Assembly (NCBI GenBank): GCA_964106645.2
Contig: OZ067039.1
Origin: Podarcis pityusensis
Taxonomy: Eukaryota
Strand: one strand, 5' to 3'
Length of the DNA: 64,000 nucleotides
The notes under the pieces: model-generated
What the model was told of the DNA's origin: nothing
The model's database searches: none
Seen by the model: only the letters and a program-made list of their open reading frames with translations
Part shown: in pieces, positions 1 through 12,420 of the stretch
Layout: every line of letters starts with the position of its first letter
How positions within the stretch are numbered: position 1 is the first letter of the stretch
Program-made: the position numbers and the translations under genes

Positions 1-2
1 AC

Positions 3-216
3 CTTTGGGACATGATTTTGAAGGCATCTGGAAGATAGCACTGGACATTCTCCATCTGGAAGGGATCAGCATCACAGATCTTGTCATCCGTACGCCCATA
101 GTTGGCATTTTCCACCATGATAACATCACTGCCTGGGCAGCGCAGCTCAATGGGGTAGCCCTCACATGCCAGTTCCCGCCGAACCAGACCAAAGGGTAAG
201 CCAGCACGGCTTAGAC
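3..216 (-). CDS. ADGRL1: ADGRL1 (latrophilin-1) internal coding exon, N-terminal part of the rhamnose-binding lectin (RBL/SUEL) domain
   Basis: Manual minus-strand translation: (G)[70 protein letters not shown](R). The residues [24 protein letters not shown] and IMSQR match ADGRL1 as I recall it rather than ADGRL2/3. Pyrimidine-rich acceptor ending CAG (AG at 218-217); donor GT at 2-1; 214 bp, phase 1 to phase 2. Confidence 0.97.
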
Positions 217-1099
217 CTGCTGAGATAGGAGATGAGAGGGTCAGGGTTACAGGCTTATTATGCCACTCGATCAAGCAATTCCAGTTTATCTCCTGATGGA
301 CTACTGCAATTTCCTACCAATCCTTAGGTATGCACAGCACACACCATGAGACTAAAGCATGGAAAGCAGGACTCCAGGGTTGCTTTTCCAACTCTGCAGT
401 CTTGTACAAAGAGAACCTAGTAAATCAGGATTTCTTATTTTTCTGTTGCATTTTCAACACATGCTGCAAGACCTATAACATGTTTATCTACTTCTGAGTC
501 TCTGTTTTCCATGTCAATCTTTGGAGAACAACAGCAGGGGTTCTGGGTTTCCTTCTACCTCCACTGTGGCATGTCTGGTGTATGTTTTGTATGTGGAAGA
601 GTGCTTGTCCGGACACTACCCAAGAAGAGGAGAGAGAGAGAGAGAAAGATCTGCCCCCCCCCCCATTTGCTGAGCTGAGCTGCATATTCAGAGTAAGCTC
701 TACAGACTTAGGCAGATGTGCCTTTAAAAACCCAGACATGTTTTTCATAAAGCTCTTGGCTCCCTGCACCACCCGTGACCCACTTTAGAGACAGCAGCTG
801 AGGAAAGGGTCTGGGAAATGTGCTGAGAAAAATTCTTTGCAATCCTTTTGAATCCTGCAAGGTTTTGCGAGACTGGAGAGGTGGAGATGGGAAGTAAACA
901 AGGGGGGGGGGGGAGAACCAACTGAGATCTGAACATGGATATTAGGGAGGTTTCTAGAAAGATTCATGGTAGAGCTTTCTGCTCATTTCTATTATGGGAA
1001 GGATATTGCATGACTACCGGGCTGAGAGCTCAGGCTCCTGGATCCCTCTGAACAAGAAGGAGAAGGAGAAAAAGGACAACTGGGATCCATCCGCACAGT

Positions 1100-1231
1100 C
1101 AGGGCCAGCCCACAACATTTTACTGCCTGAGGCAAAGAAGCAAATGCCTCACCCCCGCTAGTCAAGGGCATTTTGGCATCTGAGGCAGAAAATCCCACAA
1201 GCACATCTCCCCGTCCCCCTCCCTAGCAGTA

Positions 1232-1283
<52 letters not shown>

Positions 1284-1384
1284 TAATGCATTAAATACCT
1301 AACAATTTGCTGCCTTTTCATGACATCCTAAATCAGCAGCCTGAGACAGCCCCCTCATTCTGTCTAATGGTAGAGTCAGTACTG
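1100..1384. mobile_element. Degenerate non-autonomous hAT (Tip100-like) element containing an (AAT)n expansion
   Basis: Begins CAGGGCCAGCCC and contains GCCTGAGGCAAAG and CTAATGG motifs shared with the copy at 60055-60320. No clean TSD visible. Confidence 0.5.
1232..1282. repeat. (AAT)17 microsatellite
   Basis: Direct count of perfect units. Confidence 0.97.
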
Positions 1385-1409
1385 TGGGTACAAATTAACC
1401 TATCCGTCT

Positions 1410-1660
1410 TTAGCAGTGCAAATCTAAGCATGTTTAACCAGATGCAAATCCCACTGAACTCAATGGAAGTTACAGCACATGCCCACATACTTTACATGCC
1501 CACTCAAGAGTTCAATGGAGCTTACTCCTAGGTAAGGATGTGCTGGATTGCAACCTTGGCCTGTGCATTTATTTAAGATTGCGGCCTAACAACACAATCC
1601 TCTACTCAGATGTAAACCCTGTTGAATTCAATTGAGCCTAAATTGTCTCAGCTGCAGCCT
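1410..1660. repeat. Cluster of short palindromic squamate repeats (GCAATCC..TACTCAGA.GTAA..CC..TTCAATGG..CTTACTCC..GGATTGCAGCC type)
   Basis: About three degenerate units in tandem; the same motif recurs at ~23400-23530, ~36920-37010 and ~41790-41880. Confidence 0.55.
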
Positions 1661-4600
1661 AAATTGTCTCATTTTTTAAAAAATAGTTGCTCTAACAGTC
1701 CAAGATGATCCTCCTTCTCCTTTCCAACTAGCATAAAGACTGAGCTGCAGTGTGCTTGGTGTCTCCTCAGAAATCTCACAACTCACTAAAGAAAACACAC
1801 TCTTTCCACTCCTTCAATTAAAAATGATGCTATTCCAAAAGAAGGTTCCCTCAAACCTCTTAACACACTGGCTGTAGAAGGGGCAAGGCTTCATCTCCCT
1901 CAGCTTTTCCACCTCAGTGTTGGCAGTTCCATGTTGGCGAAGTCAAGTCATGGATGGGGACTTGTTTCCCAGGCAAATGCTCAAAAGCTCAGAGTGGTTA
2001 ACTGAGCACAGCTGTGAGAGGAGTCACTGTAAAGGAGGCTGGAGGGAATCAGGAAGCTGCTCTGTGCTCTATCCTGGCCTCTCCTCATCGCCCGCTTACA
2101 TGGAATGGAGCTTCCACATGCTCCGCCTCCTATGAAGGATCCTGTCCCATCCTGGACTAAGCTTTCTACTGTGGAGGGAGCAGCAGGAGTACCAGCAAGT
2201 GAGCTGGAGGGAATGGTAGGAAACAGAAAACTAGGTAGACAGAAAACAGGGGCAGCGAACCCAGTGGCAGGAGCGAGCAGAAGGAGACGGTGGGGCATCT
2301 GTGCCAATCAGCTGCCTTTGATGATTCGCCACCTGAGACAAATAAAAGTCTTGGGGCCAGGCTTCCCTACAGCTGGGTCTTTGGGAGTGAGGAATAGTGA
2401 TGTGACTGTTTATGGTCACTGCATGCTACAAACATCAGTTTGGGAAGGACAGCTACCTGCAATGACTGCATTATGGTTTCCTACAACCCTAGTAGTATGT
2501 TCCCCAGCTACAATTTGAGCTGGCTGAAAAATGCATACTTAATGGCCTACTGCTGCCTCTGCCCCCCCCCCAACCACTGCATTTCTCTATCCACATGGCT
2601 CCCTCCTCATGCTAAACTGGGAAGAAATGCCCCCCTCATTTTCTAGGAGCAATGCCAGCAATAGAAGAAGCAGCACCACACCCCTCATTCACTATTAACC
2701 AAGGGGTTGAAGTAGCAGGGCCTGGAACCTGGCAGAAGGGCCAGGATGGCAGTGAAACAGCAGCCACATACCTGGACAGCATAGGTGTGAACTGGCAACT
2801 ATGTTCAGGCTGTCTGGCATGCCTTTCAGGGCCAATGCCCTAAACAAACGTTCAATTTGGCCTGTGCTCCATTTGCTTTGACGTGTTCTTTCTGCCATTA
2901 TAATCTGTGTGACATTGGGTAGCACATCAGCTTTGCCTCTCCCAAATGGGGACGGTGGGAAGGAGCTAGTACACTGTTAGAAGAAAACTGCAGGGGGAGT
3001 CACTCGGTTGTATTGTGTGGGTACCCCACATGTCGGCACCTAAGCCTTCCTTGAGGGCTTCACATAGCCTCTTAGCTTGTCACAGCTAATCAGCCAAGAG
3101 ACCTGTACCTTCAGCTGCAAAGGGCAAGAGTCAGAGCCCCTAGTGGGGAACATACATTAGTGGCACTCAGGGCTTTAAAGGCAGGCTAGAGAGGGGACTG
3201 GGAAGCAAGCATGTCATAGCTGCTCTTTGTGTAATTTTTCCTTCCCCCTTGCTGGGTTAATGGAAGGACCCTGTGGAGGGAGTCTGTAATTAAACCATTA
3301 GCTGAGTAACTAACTAGTAACAGCCCGAGTGCTGGTGGTTGTTTCAGGCGGTGTTGGTGGGGGAGCCCAGCAGACAACAGAAGGTACGAGCTGAGAGAGC
3401 AAGAAAGGGCAGCCGAGAGTGGATACATGAATGGAGGACAGTAAATGAAGAAGGGACAGCAGACCTTGGCAGTAAGTATTGTAGAAACCAAAATACGGCT
3501 GCCAAAAGCCATGGATTTCCCACACTGGCAGCCTCAGGATAGGCTCATGAACAAAGCCCCAAGAGTCTCCCAGCTGCATCTGGATGTGTTTGCACTGAGC
3601 TGGGGCTATGGCACCTATTTGGTTTCAGGGCAGACAGCTGGTTGCAGCTAATTGTAGGTGTGATCCGAGACTTTCCTAAACATATTGAGTAATTCACAGG
3701 GGCACAGTGTTGCGGGGAAAACTTTGCTTCCAGCTCCTTATTTTATTAGCTGCCACAGCTACCAACCTCTTGCTTCTTCTCAATAGGGTCTGAAGAGGAC
3801 AGTGACATTATATCCCCTCTATGCCCTTTTATCAGTTGTCGGTCTGTCTGCTCCTCCACACACCACTCCACTTTAGCAGCTGGGCAAACCTGGCTATTCT
3901 TGGGACTGAGGAGGTAAGTTTACTTTGGAAAGTACCAAGACAGATTCCTTGTATGTGGACACACAAAGGAAGGGACCAAGGGACATGTGTCCCTAGTGGA
4001 ACTGGGCAGAGGGGATGGTGGAGAAGCTGCAATTAGCAGGGGTAAAATATTTAACACCTAAAGCATAAGGAGATGCTCTTACAATGGGCAATTATCAGCT
4101 ACTATGCCCACTGATTCTCAATGGTGGATTACAGGAATCTTGCAAACAGGTATACCAGGCAGGCAGCACTGGATGGCAGAAGCAATTTGGAATTTAGCAG
4201 GATAAAAGAAGAAAATAATGGGAATGAAAATATTTCTTTTCAATATGTTTCAGAATGACCAGCCCAGTGCTCCTCCTGGGGTACCAGTGGCCTCTTCATC
4301 CTGGCTCTAACCACGTAAGTAGGAACATGAATATATGGCTGTCTACTGATGGGCATCATGATGGGCATTAGGCCCTCCCTACCCAAACTGTCAAGCTCAG
4401 CCATACAATGAACCATGGGTTAGTGCAGAAAACTGGCTTTGTTTAAAGCCACCCCCTGCCTATTGAAACCCATGTGGCTGATGCTTTGAAGCTGGACCCA
4501 AGTGCTATGCAGTTGCCCTAGGAAGGGAACACAAAGGGGCCTGAGAGATGAAACGCCAGAAGCAGCAGCCACAATAGTGCCTTGAAGTGGGAAGCATGGG

Positions 4601-7600
4601 ACAGAAAAGCACTGATTAAAGAGAGGCCAGGTGCATTATGGGAGATTCACCAGTGACTTTGACTGCTAGAGCTTCCTGCTGAAAGAAGGAGGGAGATCAA
4701 ACACTCCTCTCATACAGCAGTCTCCAATAGTATGGCCAGGTATGATGTGGGCATGGGTAGAAAATGTGGGGATGAATGTGAGGAACAGGAACCCTGGTTG
4801 GATATTAAGTGTACCAGTGTTCCCATGTTCTCTGCAGTCTTACAGTGCTTCAGAAGTATTTTTCTACACGTTTATGATTTCATTATTTAGTTACCCGTGC
4901 CTGGAAGGCTCAAGGTAGGTAGAAATTATGAATATACAGAGACCTCAAACTGAAGTGCTTTCATCTTTTGGGAAGATGGATAGATTAACAACAACAACAA
5001 TGTGATCTAAAAGACTTCAACAGATCTTGGAAGGCCCTTAACAAATTGTGCCTATCATATGTAAAGGCCACATTCTCTACATTGGGCATTAAGATTAAAA
5101 AATAATGCTTCCTTGAGTTCACCATCCAGAGGCTGAGGCTAGACAGCAAAGGCATGTAAAAAAGCAGACCCATAGCCTGTGAGTTTTCCACATTTTGCAA
5201 CTGCACTGTCCAGGCACAGATATTGCTGCTGAACTCAAATGTCAGCATGTTCACAATCTCCAAGTTAGAGAGATCAAGAACTATTTTAGCAGAGTCTACT
5301 CTCTCCAAACCCAGGGGTGGTAAGATAAATGCGCTCAGGCATGAATAAGGAAGCTGAGTCTAAATCAAATTGTTGATTTATGTGTATGAGCTCCCACCAC
5401 TGATAAACCTATAACATTCAGGTTGAACAGAGACCCAAGAGCTTAGTATGATCTAGGATTCAGGTCACAGAACTATAGGCAATCACCTTAGTTACAGAAA
5501 ACAAGGTCATTTCACTTCCCACAATCCCCTTCATTTCTTGACTACATCCAAGTGCACTGTAGTGCAAGGCTAGTTGGCAAAGGCAATTTATGTAAGTCAT
5601 GAGGAGCAGAAGAAAAGAATGCAGAGCAAGCAAATATGTGCAAATTTGCACAATCCATATAGATCCTCATAGGATTCAGATTTTATTTGTGCATTTTTTG
5701 CAAGCTTTTCTTTTTAAAAAAAGCATAGAATATACAAAATTTTGGGCTTCCCCTCACAAATGTTTAAACTCTTCCCTGTACCTTTGTCACAGCATTAGTT
5801 TGAACATCTTCAGAAAGACTTCTTTACATTTCTTTGCATTTTTAAGCACTGTTTATATGTGCTGGGGCTTTGCACATTTGAGTTTAAGGTGGTCTATGGC
5901 AGGGTACATAGATTAGTTGAGAGATTATGGGTGTGGTCGTGCAATTCTCTCATGAGTGCAGGTAGCTGTGCCTAAGTACAGCTGCCTTCTGGTGGGTACA
6001 ATAGGCAGCACTCAATTGCCCATCTGCCTGTCAACCAAAATCTCAGGACAAACCGAAAAGGAAGCTGGCAGTTTTGTGTCTTCCCTTGGGATGCAGCCTG
6101 GTAGGCTAACAGTCTATGAAACCCCAGTGTTTTTCCTTGGTAAAGGAGATAGGTACTTGGATCTGAAAGACTAGTGAAAGGCCAAAGCTAAGCACACCCT
6201 TTCATTTCATATCAAAATTGCCTCTCCTGCAAGAGACTCAAGACCTCCAACCAACACCATTTTCCTCCATGTCAGATTCACCCAGTCTAAAATTAGAATG
6301 TGGGACAGATGGCACTGTATGGATCCGATTAAAAAAAAAGTCTATCCCCTCACCCCCCCCAAAAAAAACCCCTTAGAGGTGGCAGAGTATTGGGAGACAT
6401 CTGCTCTCAAGGGGGTGGGGATAAGTCATAAGTTCCTGGCATTGTATAAAATTGGTACTAACATCTCGTACACTGGCTGGAAATGGTTTCTTAGAACTAA
6501 CGTTACATCTGCAAGATCTCCAAAGAGGGTTGCAACTTGTCCCTTTTTAAAAGGCACATCTGTGATTCTGGAGCATTCCATTCTCAAAGAAAATGATGAA
6601 CATTCTGTTTTAAAAAATGAACTGACCACCTTCAATGCTAATTCACTTGTGACCAGTCCCTGTTAACAAATTCTTCCTCCTCCTGGGCTGCACCTACAGT
6701 CAACATTTCCTGTCCAGCAAAACTAAACAGGACAAGCTGGGGCTGACAAATTTATGCCAGGAATGCAACCATATACCCAAAGGGTTAAGAGGCAAGTGGT
6801 TTCACTGCATGGAATGCTGTGGCTGAGTGTCCATGACCGAAAGATAAATGGAATCAGAAAGCTGGAAAGGTAAAAAAAGGCTATCTAGTCCCAACATTCT
6901 GCCCAAATGCAGGAACTTCTATCTACGTGCCCCAGTCTCATTCCTATCATTCCGCTCTGAATGGTGTCCTACAAAGCAATAGCTAGTGAACCCCACAGAC
7001 CAGGGATGGGGAACCTCCAGCCCGCAGGCAAAACATGATCCTGCAAAGGAGCAACTGGGAGCTTAAAGAAGCTTCCTGATAGTTCCTTTGCTGGAGGTCA
7101 TATCCCTCCCAACACTGCTCTGTGCAGCAACTTCTTTCCACCTCCAACATCTGAGGTAGAAAGGAGAAGCACAAAGAGGCTTGCAAAGCATATGGCTGGC
7201 AACACCCCTTGCGCAGAGGTTCTCAATCTTTGGGTTTTGACAGGTGGCCTTTATATGATGTTATAATTATGTAATGTGATTGACAGGTGGGTTGCCCCTG
7301 TCAAAGCTGCCCCGCAAAGGCTCCCCACTCCTGTCACGAACCATGTGCTTGCAGAACAAATAGCTCATGACAATTCAAGCAAGTAAGCCAAGCTATGCAC
7401 TGCACAAGGCAAGGGAAAGGAAAAGGAAAAGAAAGGAAGAAGTGGCTCACTATGTTTCTGATTGGGGGTAAGATTGCTTGAAAATGTAAGTATATTACTA
7501 AGTAACCGGGGGAGGCTTTTGAAGGTAGGAGTTATGTGGGATATTGTTGAAGGAAATGAAGAAAATTGGGGTGGGAGTGGAAACTACGGATTTATTTGGT

Positions 7601-8463
7601 CTGGGGAATTGACTTGCTTTGCGACCCCAAGTGTTCTTGCTTTGTACTTGTGACACAGCTGGACAGCAAGTCACATTGAAATTGGTGGCACTTGCTTTTG
7701 AGCCAACAGCATGTATAGGTTGATGATGAATTTTATTATTATTTATTACTTTATGCACCACTTACAAGTCAAGATGGCTGCACCAGGAAGATACATTCAG
7801 GATCAGGATGCACAAGTAATTGCTCATGGGTAAATGCAACAAAAAAACAAAGTGAAGGGAGGGAAAAGCATGCAACCTCCCCACAGGACAGACAGTAGCT
7901 TATGGCTAATACTTAATTTTTTAAAAAAAATTAAATTTGTATACAGCCCTTCATCTGAAGATCACAGGGTGGTTCACAAGATAAAAATACAAAATATAAA
8001 CACAAAATACATAATAAAACAAGAACAAAACCGATCTATAACCCCACTTCCACTTATATTTAGACTTGCCTCAGTTTGTGTTTTGGAGGCCCATATATTT
8101 GACCCTCTGGAGGGTCAAATATATAGTATGGATTATGTTTGATCCGCCTGATGATCAGAAATAAAATGTTCCTTAAAAGGCAATTCAGGTGATGTTCCAA
8201 GATACTCTGACCCTTGACTAGGGAAAAGGGAGAGGCACGATTTGCTGAGATGCTGTTTATCAACATTTAGCAGCTGAACGTAAGACAGAGCAGACAGGTG
8301 GGTCACCTTTAGTGAGATGCATTGTATTTCATAAATTATGACAGATATTTTGAAATCTGCATTTAATATGCATATGAAATTTCTCTCCCCCCCTTCCTTT
8401 TGCAATGCCACACTACAGTGACAGCTCTCCGACAAAAGCTGTAGCAGCTTCAGATTATGTGTG

Positions 8464-8810
8464 TCAGGTGGTGAACCTTTTTCAGCCTGAGGGCTGCCTT
8501 CCTTTATAGGCAACCTTCTGGGAAGAAACATGCCCAATGGTGGGCTGGGACAGAGGCAAAAAGTGGGTGGAGCAAAGGACGTGTCTCTTTACCTATGTAC
8601 AGTAGGCCATATTCCAGCCACATAATACATCCCACATTGCTCTCCATCCAGACAAGGAAGAGGCAATTTCATCTTTCAAGGATGCATTCCAGTCAGTAAA
8701 AGGCCCTCAAAGAGGATGTAGTGCAGGTGTGGCTTGAGTAAGGGCTGAGGCTTGAGGAGAGACTTGAGGGGCATAGAGATTGCTGGAGGGCCACATTCGA
8801 CCCCCTGTTT
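8464..8810 (+). mobile_element. Degenerate non-autonomous hAT (Charlie-like) element
   Basis: CAGGTGGTGAACCTTTT start and ...CCCCTG end; the internal AGAGGCAAAAAGTGGG segment is shared with the copy at 33953-34082. Confidence 0.45.
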
Positions 8811-9362
8811 TACATGGTTCCTAATTTTAACTTGTTCATATCCTGTCCTACTCCAAAACTTCAGGAAGAATCCGATCAAGATTCACAAGCACACCAAAAT
8901 ATAGCCAGTCATAATCCCAGGCTTCCTTCTGCACTTTCAGGGGCATTGCCCTCTACTTACTGGGAAGGTTTAACATGAAGCACTTTTTGGTTACGCACCA
9001 ATATATATCTATGACAAGGCCAGGAATTGTAATTGCAAAGCACCGTACATTTCTAAATAAAGTACTTCTGTTTCCAGTACTTAATTAGAAAATATTTTGA
9101 CATGCTCAACAGAAGCAGTTAAATACTGTTCTAAAAATTATCTTACTGCTTATTCTGGAAAAAAAATAAAATAAAAGTTTTATTCTGGGAACTGCAGGAT
9201 TGCTCACTTCTATTTTGTATCAAATGAGAGTTTCGTTTTGTTTTCTCCTGGCCTTGCTGTGGCAGCAAGACAAAAGCTTATGACTCAATTAATCACAAGA
9301 CCTGGACTCACTCAGGAAGAAGTCTTGCCTTCCAAGGGCTGCCTCTCTTGAACTCCTCTTAC

Positions 9363-9432
9363 CTTGGGTGGCTGAGGTGACAAGGACAGTGGTGATGCAG
9401 AGACTCCAGAGGGCATGGATGAGCCGGGCCAT
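9363..9432 (-). CDS. ADGRL1: ADGRL1 first coding segment (signal peptide) [23 protein letters not shown](G)
   Basis: ATG at 9432 in AGCATGG context, then 70 nt to donor CAAG|GTAAG (GT at 9362-9361). The phase-1 end joins exon 216-3 in frame (G+GT = Gly). The peptide closely matches the mammalian ADGRL1 signal peptide as recalled ([24 protein letters not shown]). There is an in-frame upstream TGA at 9480-9478. Confidence 0.96.
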
Positions 9433-9508
9433 GCTGCACTCGATGCTGGAGCTGTCAGCAACCTGGAGCCACTCTGGTCATCCCAGAGTGGAGGACACAA
9501 CAGCAGGC
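9433..9508 (-). other. ADGRL1: 5'-UTR part of the ADGRL1 ATG-containing exon
   Basis: Strong acceptor on minus strand: CTCCTCTTCTTTCTTCCACCAG|GCCTG (AG at 9510-9509). This implies at least one further non-coding exon upstream, at higher coordinates. Confidence 0.85.
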
Positions 9509-10184
9509 CTGGTGGAAGAAAGAAGAGGAGTCTTGAGTCTGGTTAGCAGCAGAAGCAGTGTTTACCCTCTGCCCTTACTTTGCCCCAAGTAAAAGTCACA
9601 ACTCTTCTGCATTGTCTTCCCTGCTGTAGGACCCATACGTCGTTGTCCCAATCAGCCCACCACCACTCAGTGTATTTCCTATGAAGCCCCTACAGCTCAA
9701 CATATCTACTTATGCCCATACAATCATGGAAGCCTTTTCTCTAGAAGAGGGGGTTCCAACAGAAAGGGGCATAAGGTGATGAAGTTGCCACTTCCCTCAA
9801 AAAGTATAAATCATTTAAATTTTAAAGGAAGGGAATTATTTATATATCAGTTATTATCTGCCTTTCACTGTAAGGCCCCAGAACAGGAGACAACAGAATA
9901 TACATTTATAAAAACAAAAGTTTTTTTCTATGAAAAGAATTGCAACCAAGTAAAACTGTTCCAGCCAAAACCAAAAGAGGTGGGTCCCACAAAACAAAAT
10001 ACTTTTAACTGTCAAAGGCCAGGGTAAATAGGTTCATTTTCGGCATGCAACAGGAGCTGCAAAACAGACATGCCCAAAGCTGTGTCCCTATTCCTGTTCT
10101 GCGCTGTACCTTAAAACCCAGAGTCCTCCATACCCAGGCTCTGTTCAGGTACTCCCCTTACCCCCACTAAATTTAGGAGCTGGT

Positions 10185-10186
<2 letters not shown>

Positions 10187-10222
<36 letters not shown>
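10187..10222. repeat. (AC)18 microsatellite
   Basis: Direct count. Confidence 0.97.
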
Positions 10223-10224
<2 letters not shown>

Positions 10225-11714
10225 ACTGCAGCATAGTAGCAGCTGTTTCATCATGCATGAAAAGTACAACCACTTTGGTGGTGCATCTTTCTCAGTGCCC
10301 TTGCTGAAATGGCTCCCAACCACATACATGTGAAGGCATCCTCCACTCTAATCCTACCCTACTTTTCTCAAAGCCCCATTTACCCTGCAGCTTCAGCCTG
10401 CCTCTCTGTGCTTGCAATGTCTGCAACGCCATGTACACTTTCCCACACGAGCAACAATGACGTCCACTATGAACTGGGGCTCATTTAAACCACAACAACA
10501 GAGAGATGGAGACAGAAATATGATGCCCTTTCTGGAATTTTCCAAAGTGATGGCTTCAAAAACTTTGTATTAAAGCCAGCCTTGCTGCAAAGGTTACACA
10601 AGTCTACACACAGTACAACCCTTTCAGTCCAAGAAGGGGAAGCACAAATACTTGGAGCGAACATGCAAAGAGCTGCACAGGAACAGTAAAGAACCAATGG
10701 AAGTTTATGATTGCAACACGAGAGGGGTGGCCTATCTAGAGGGGGTATGCCTTGGGAAGGAGGTATGGCTTCAGGAGAGTTCAGAGGACTGGCTAGAGGG
10801 GGGCTGAGGTTCCCCATCCGGGCCTAAAACACTGGACCCAATGAGTAATCATTGGAGCCAGGGCAGGAGGAGGTTAATGGCCACTAGGCCCATCAGGGCA
10901 GTGTTTAAAGTGGGGAACACAATTCAAATCACCCTGACAGCTACACTTACATTCTTATTAGTTCAGGAAAATAACACTGCCTCGTTAACAAAAAGGCATT
11001 TTTGTTACTTATTTTAACACAGTGTTTTCCAAACCTATTCTCTGTCAACTTGTTTTCTCTTGGAACACTGCAGCCCTTCTTTTTGTGCCCAACAGTGCTT
11101 TCTTTTTCCTCTAACATGACTTTGTCTCTGTCTGCTTGTCTGTCTCTCTGCCGCTCCCTCTCAAAGCTATGCTCAGTCCTCTTGTTCCTCAACCGTCTCT
11201 CTGCACTCCTTCTGAAAATTTGCCTCCCTGGACAAAACAACAGTGCTTCCAGGAAGCGTTCCCCCCCCCCACCCCCCTCCATGGAATATGGAGATACACT
11301 TCTGTGTGCAGAAGCTTCATTATTTCTTCTATTGCAATTTGTTAGTCACTTTCCTCACAAAGGTGACCCAAAGAGACTTACATTATAACTGTTGTTCATC
11401 TATTCTAGATTTTAGAAAATGGTTTGTCTACCTGTTTGTTTGTTTATCTTATGTGTTTGGACACCTCTTGAGATATAATCGCCAAACTTGGCATGAGGGT
11501 TCCCAAGATGAGAGCAGCTGTCTTCATCATAGTTTGGATGCAGGGTGCCATTTTGAATCAAGATGGTGGACCAAAATGTGACTTGGGCATGAGTTCGCCT
11601 GATTTTTGGTGTGATGGGTCCAAACTCAGAAATCACAGTACCCATTTTTAAATCACTTTTTTTTGGGGGGGGAGGCTTCTATCATCCTCCATGAACTATC
11701 TCTAAATTATTTTT

Positions 11715-12420
11715 AAAGCTATCTAAGATAATGGCATCCATCACAACTTGTGGCCGTGAACCTCACAGGTTAATTGAACAAACACTTCCTTTTATCTGTT
11801 CTGAATCTCCCGCCAATCAATTTCATTGGGTGACTCCCAAATTCAACTATGATGTGGAAACCTATTACTTTCGCCACACCATAATTTTCTGAACTTCTAT
11901 AAGGTCCCCCTTCGTCATCTTTTTTCTTTTTTCTAAACGGAAAAAAAACAAACAACCCCAGACACTTGAGCTATCATAGGAAAGAGGTTCTGATCCCTTG
12001 GTCATTTGGCTTTTCATTTTCAGTTCCATTATCTTTGTTTGAGACGAATGACCAGAAGTAAGCACAGTATTTCAAGTTTGACAGTACCACACACAGATTT
12101 AGATATTATGATACTTGCTATTTTATTTTCAGTCTCTTTTCCTTGTAATTTCCAATATGGAATTTGCCTTTTTCACAACTGGTGCAGCTTAAGTTTATGT
12201 TTCTCTTTCCTGCAAAGTCACAGTTAGTTCATGTGTTGTAAAGGACTAGGATTTTTTTTAATCCCATTGTGCATAACTTTTCATTAACTTACATTCAGTG
12301 TTACATGCCAATGTCCATCCACCCAGTTTAGAGACATCCTTTTAGATTGTCCACCCCCTCAGTCTGTCTGGGATCCTACCGTCCTGAATAATTTGGTATA
12401 TTCCATGGTTGCTACCTCAC
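11715..12420 (-). mobile_element. CR1 LINE, degraded ORF2 3' region
   Basis: Minus-strand peptides GDLIEVQKIM and SHPMKLIGGRFRTDKRKCLF are typical of the CR1 ORF2 C-terminus; frameshifted. Confidence 0.8.

Larger units (their letters stand above)
217..9362 (-). other. ADGRL1: ADGRL1 intron between the signal-peptide exon and the lectin exon (9146 bp, GT-AG, phase 1)
   Basis: Defined by the donor at 9362 and acceptor at 217; the spliced product reads in frame. Confidence 0.9.

Noticed and set aside
5-199. 64-aa plus-strand ORF in the ORF track
   Set aside because: It is the antisense shadow of the real ADGRL1 lectin exon on the minus strand.
3-216. Possible alpha-latrotoxin-resistance changes in lizard latrophilin-1
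   Set aside because: This exon is almost identical to the mammalian sequence as I recall it, and the domains implicated in toxin binding are outside the window.
1635-1671. 16-bp direct repeat AGCCTAAATTGTCTCA x2
   Set aside because: Only two copies at the edge of a palindromic repeat cluster; a simple local duplication, not an array.
9312-9592. ORF-track entries 9312-9500 (-) and 9368-9592 (+)
   Set aside because: Wrong frame or strand over the true signal-peptide exon (9432-9363).
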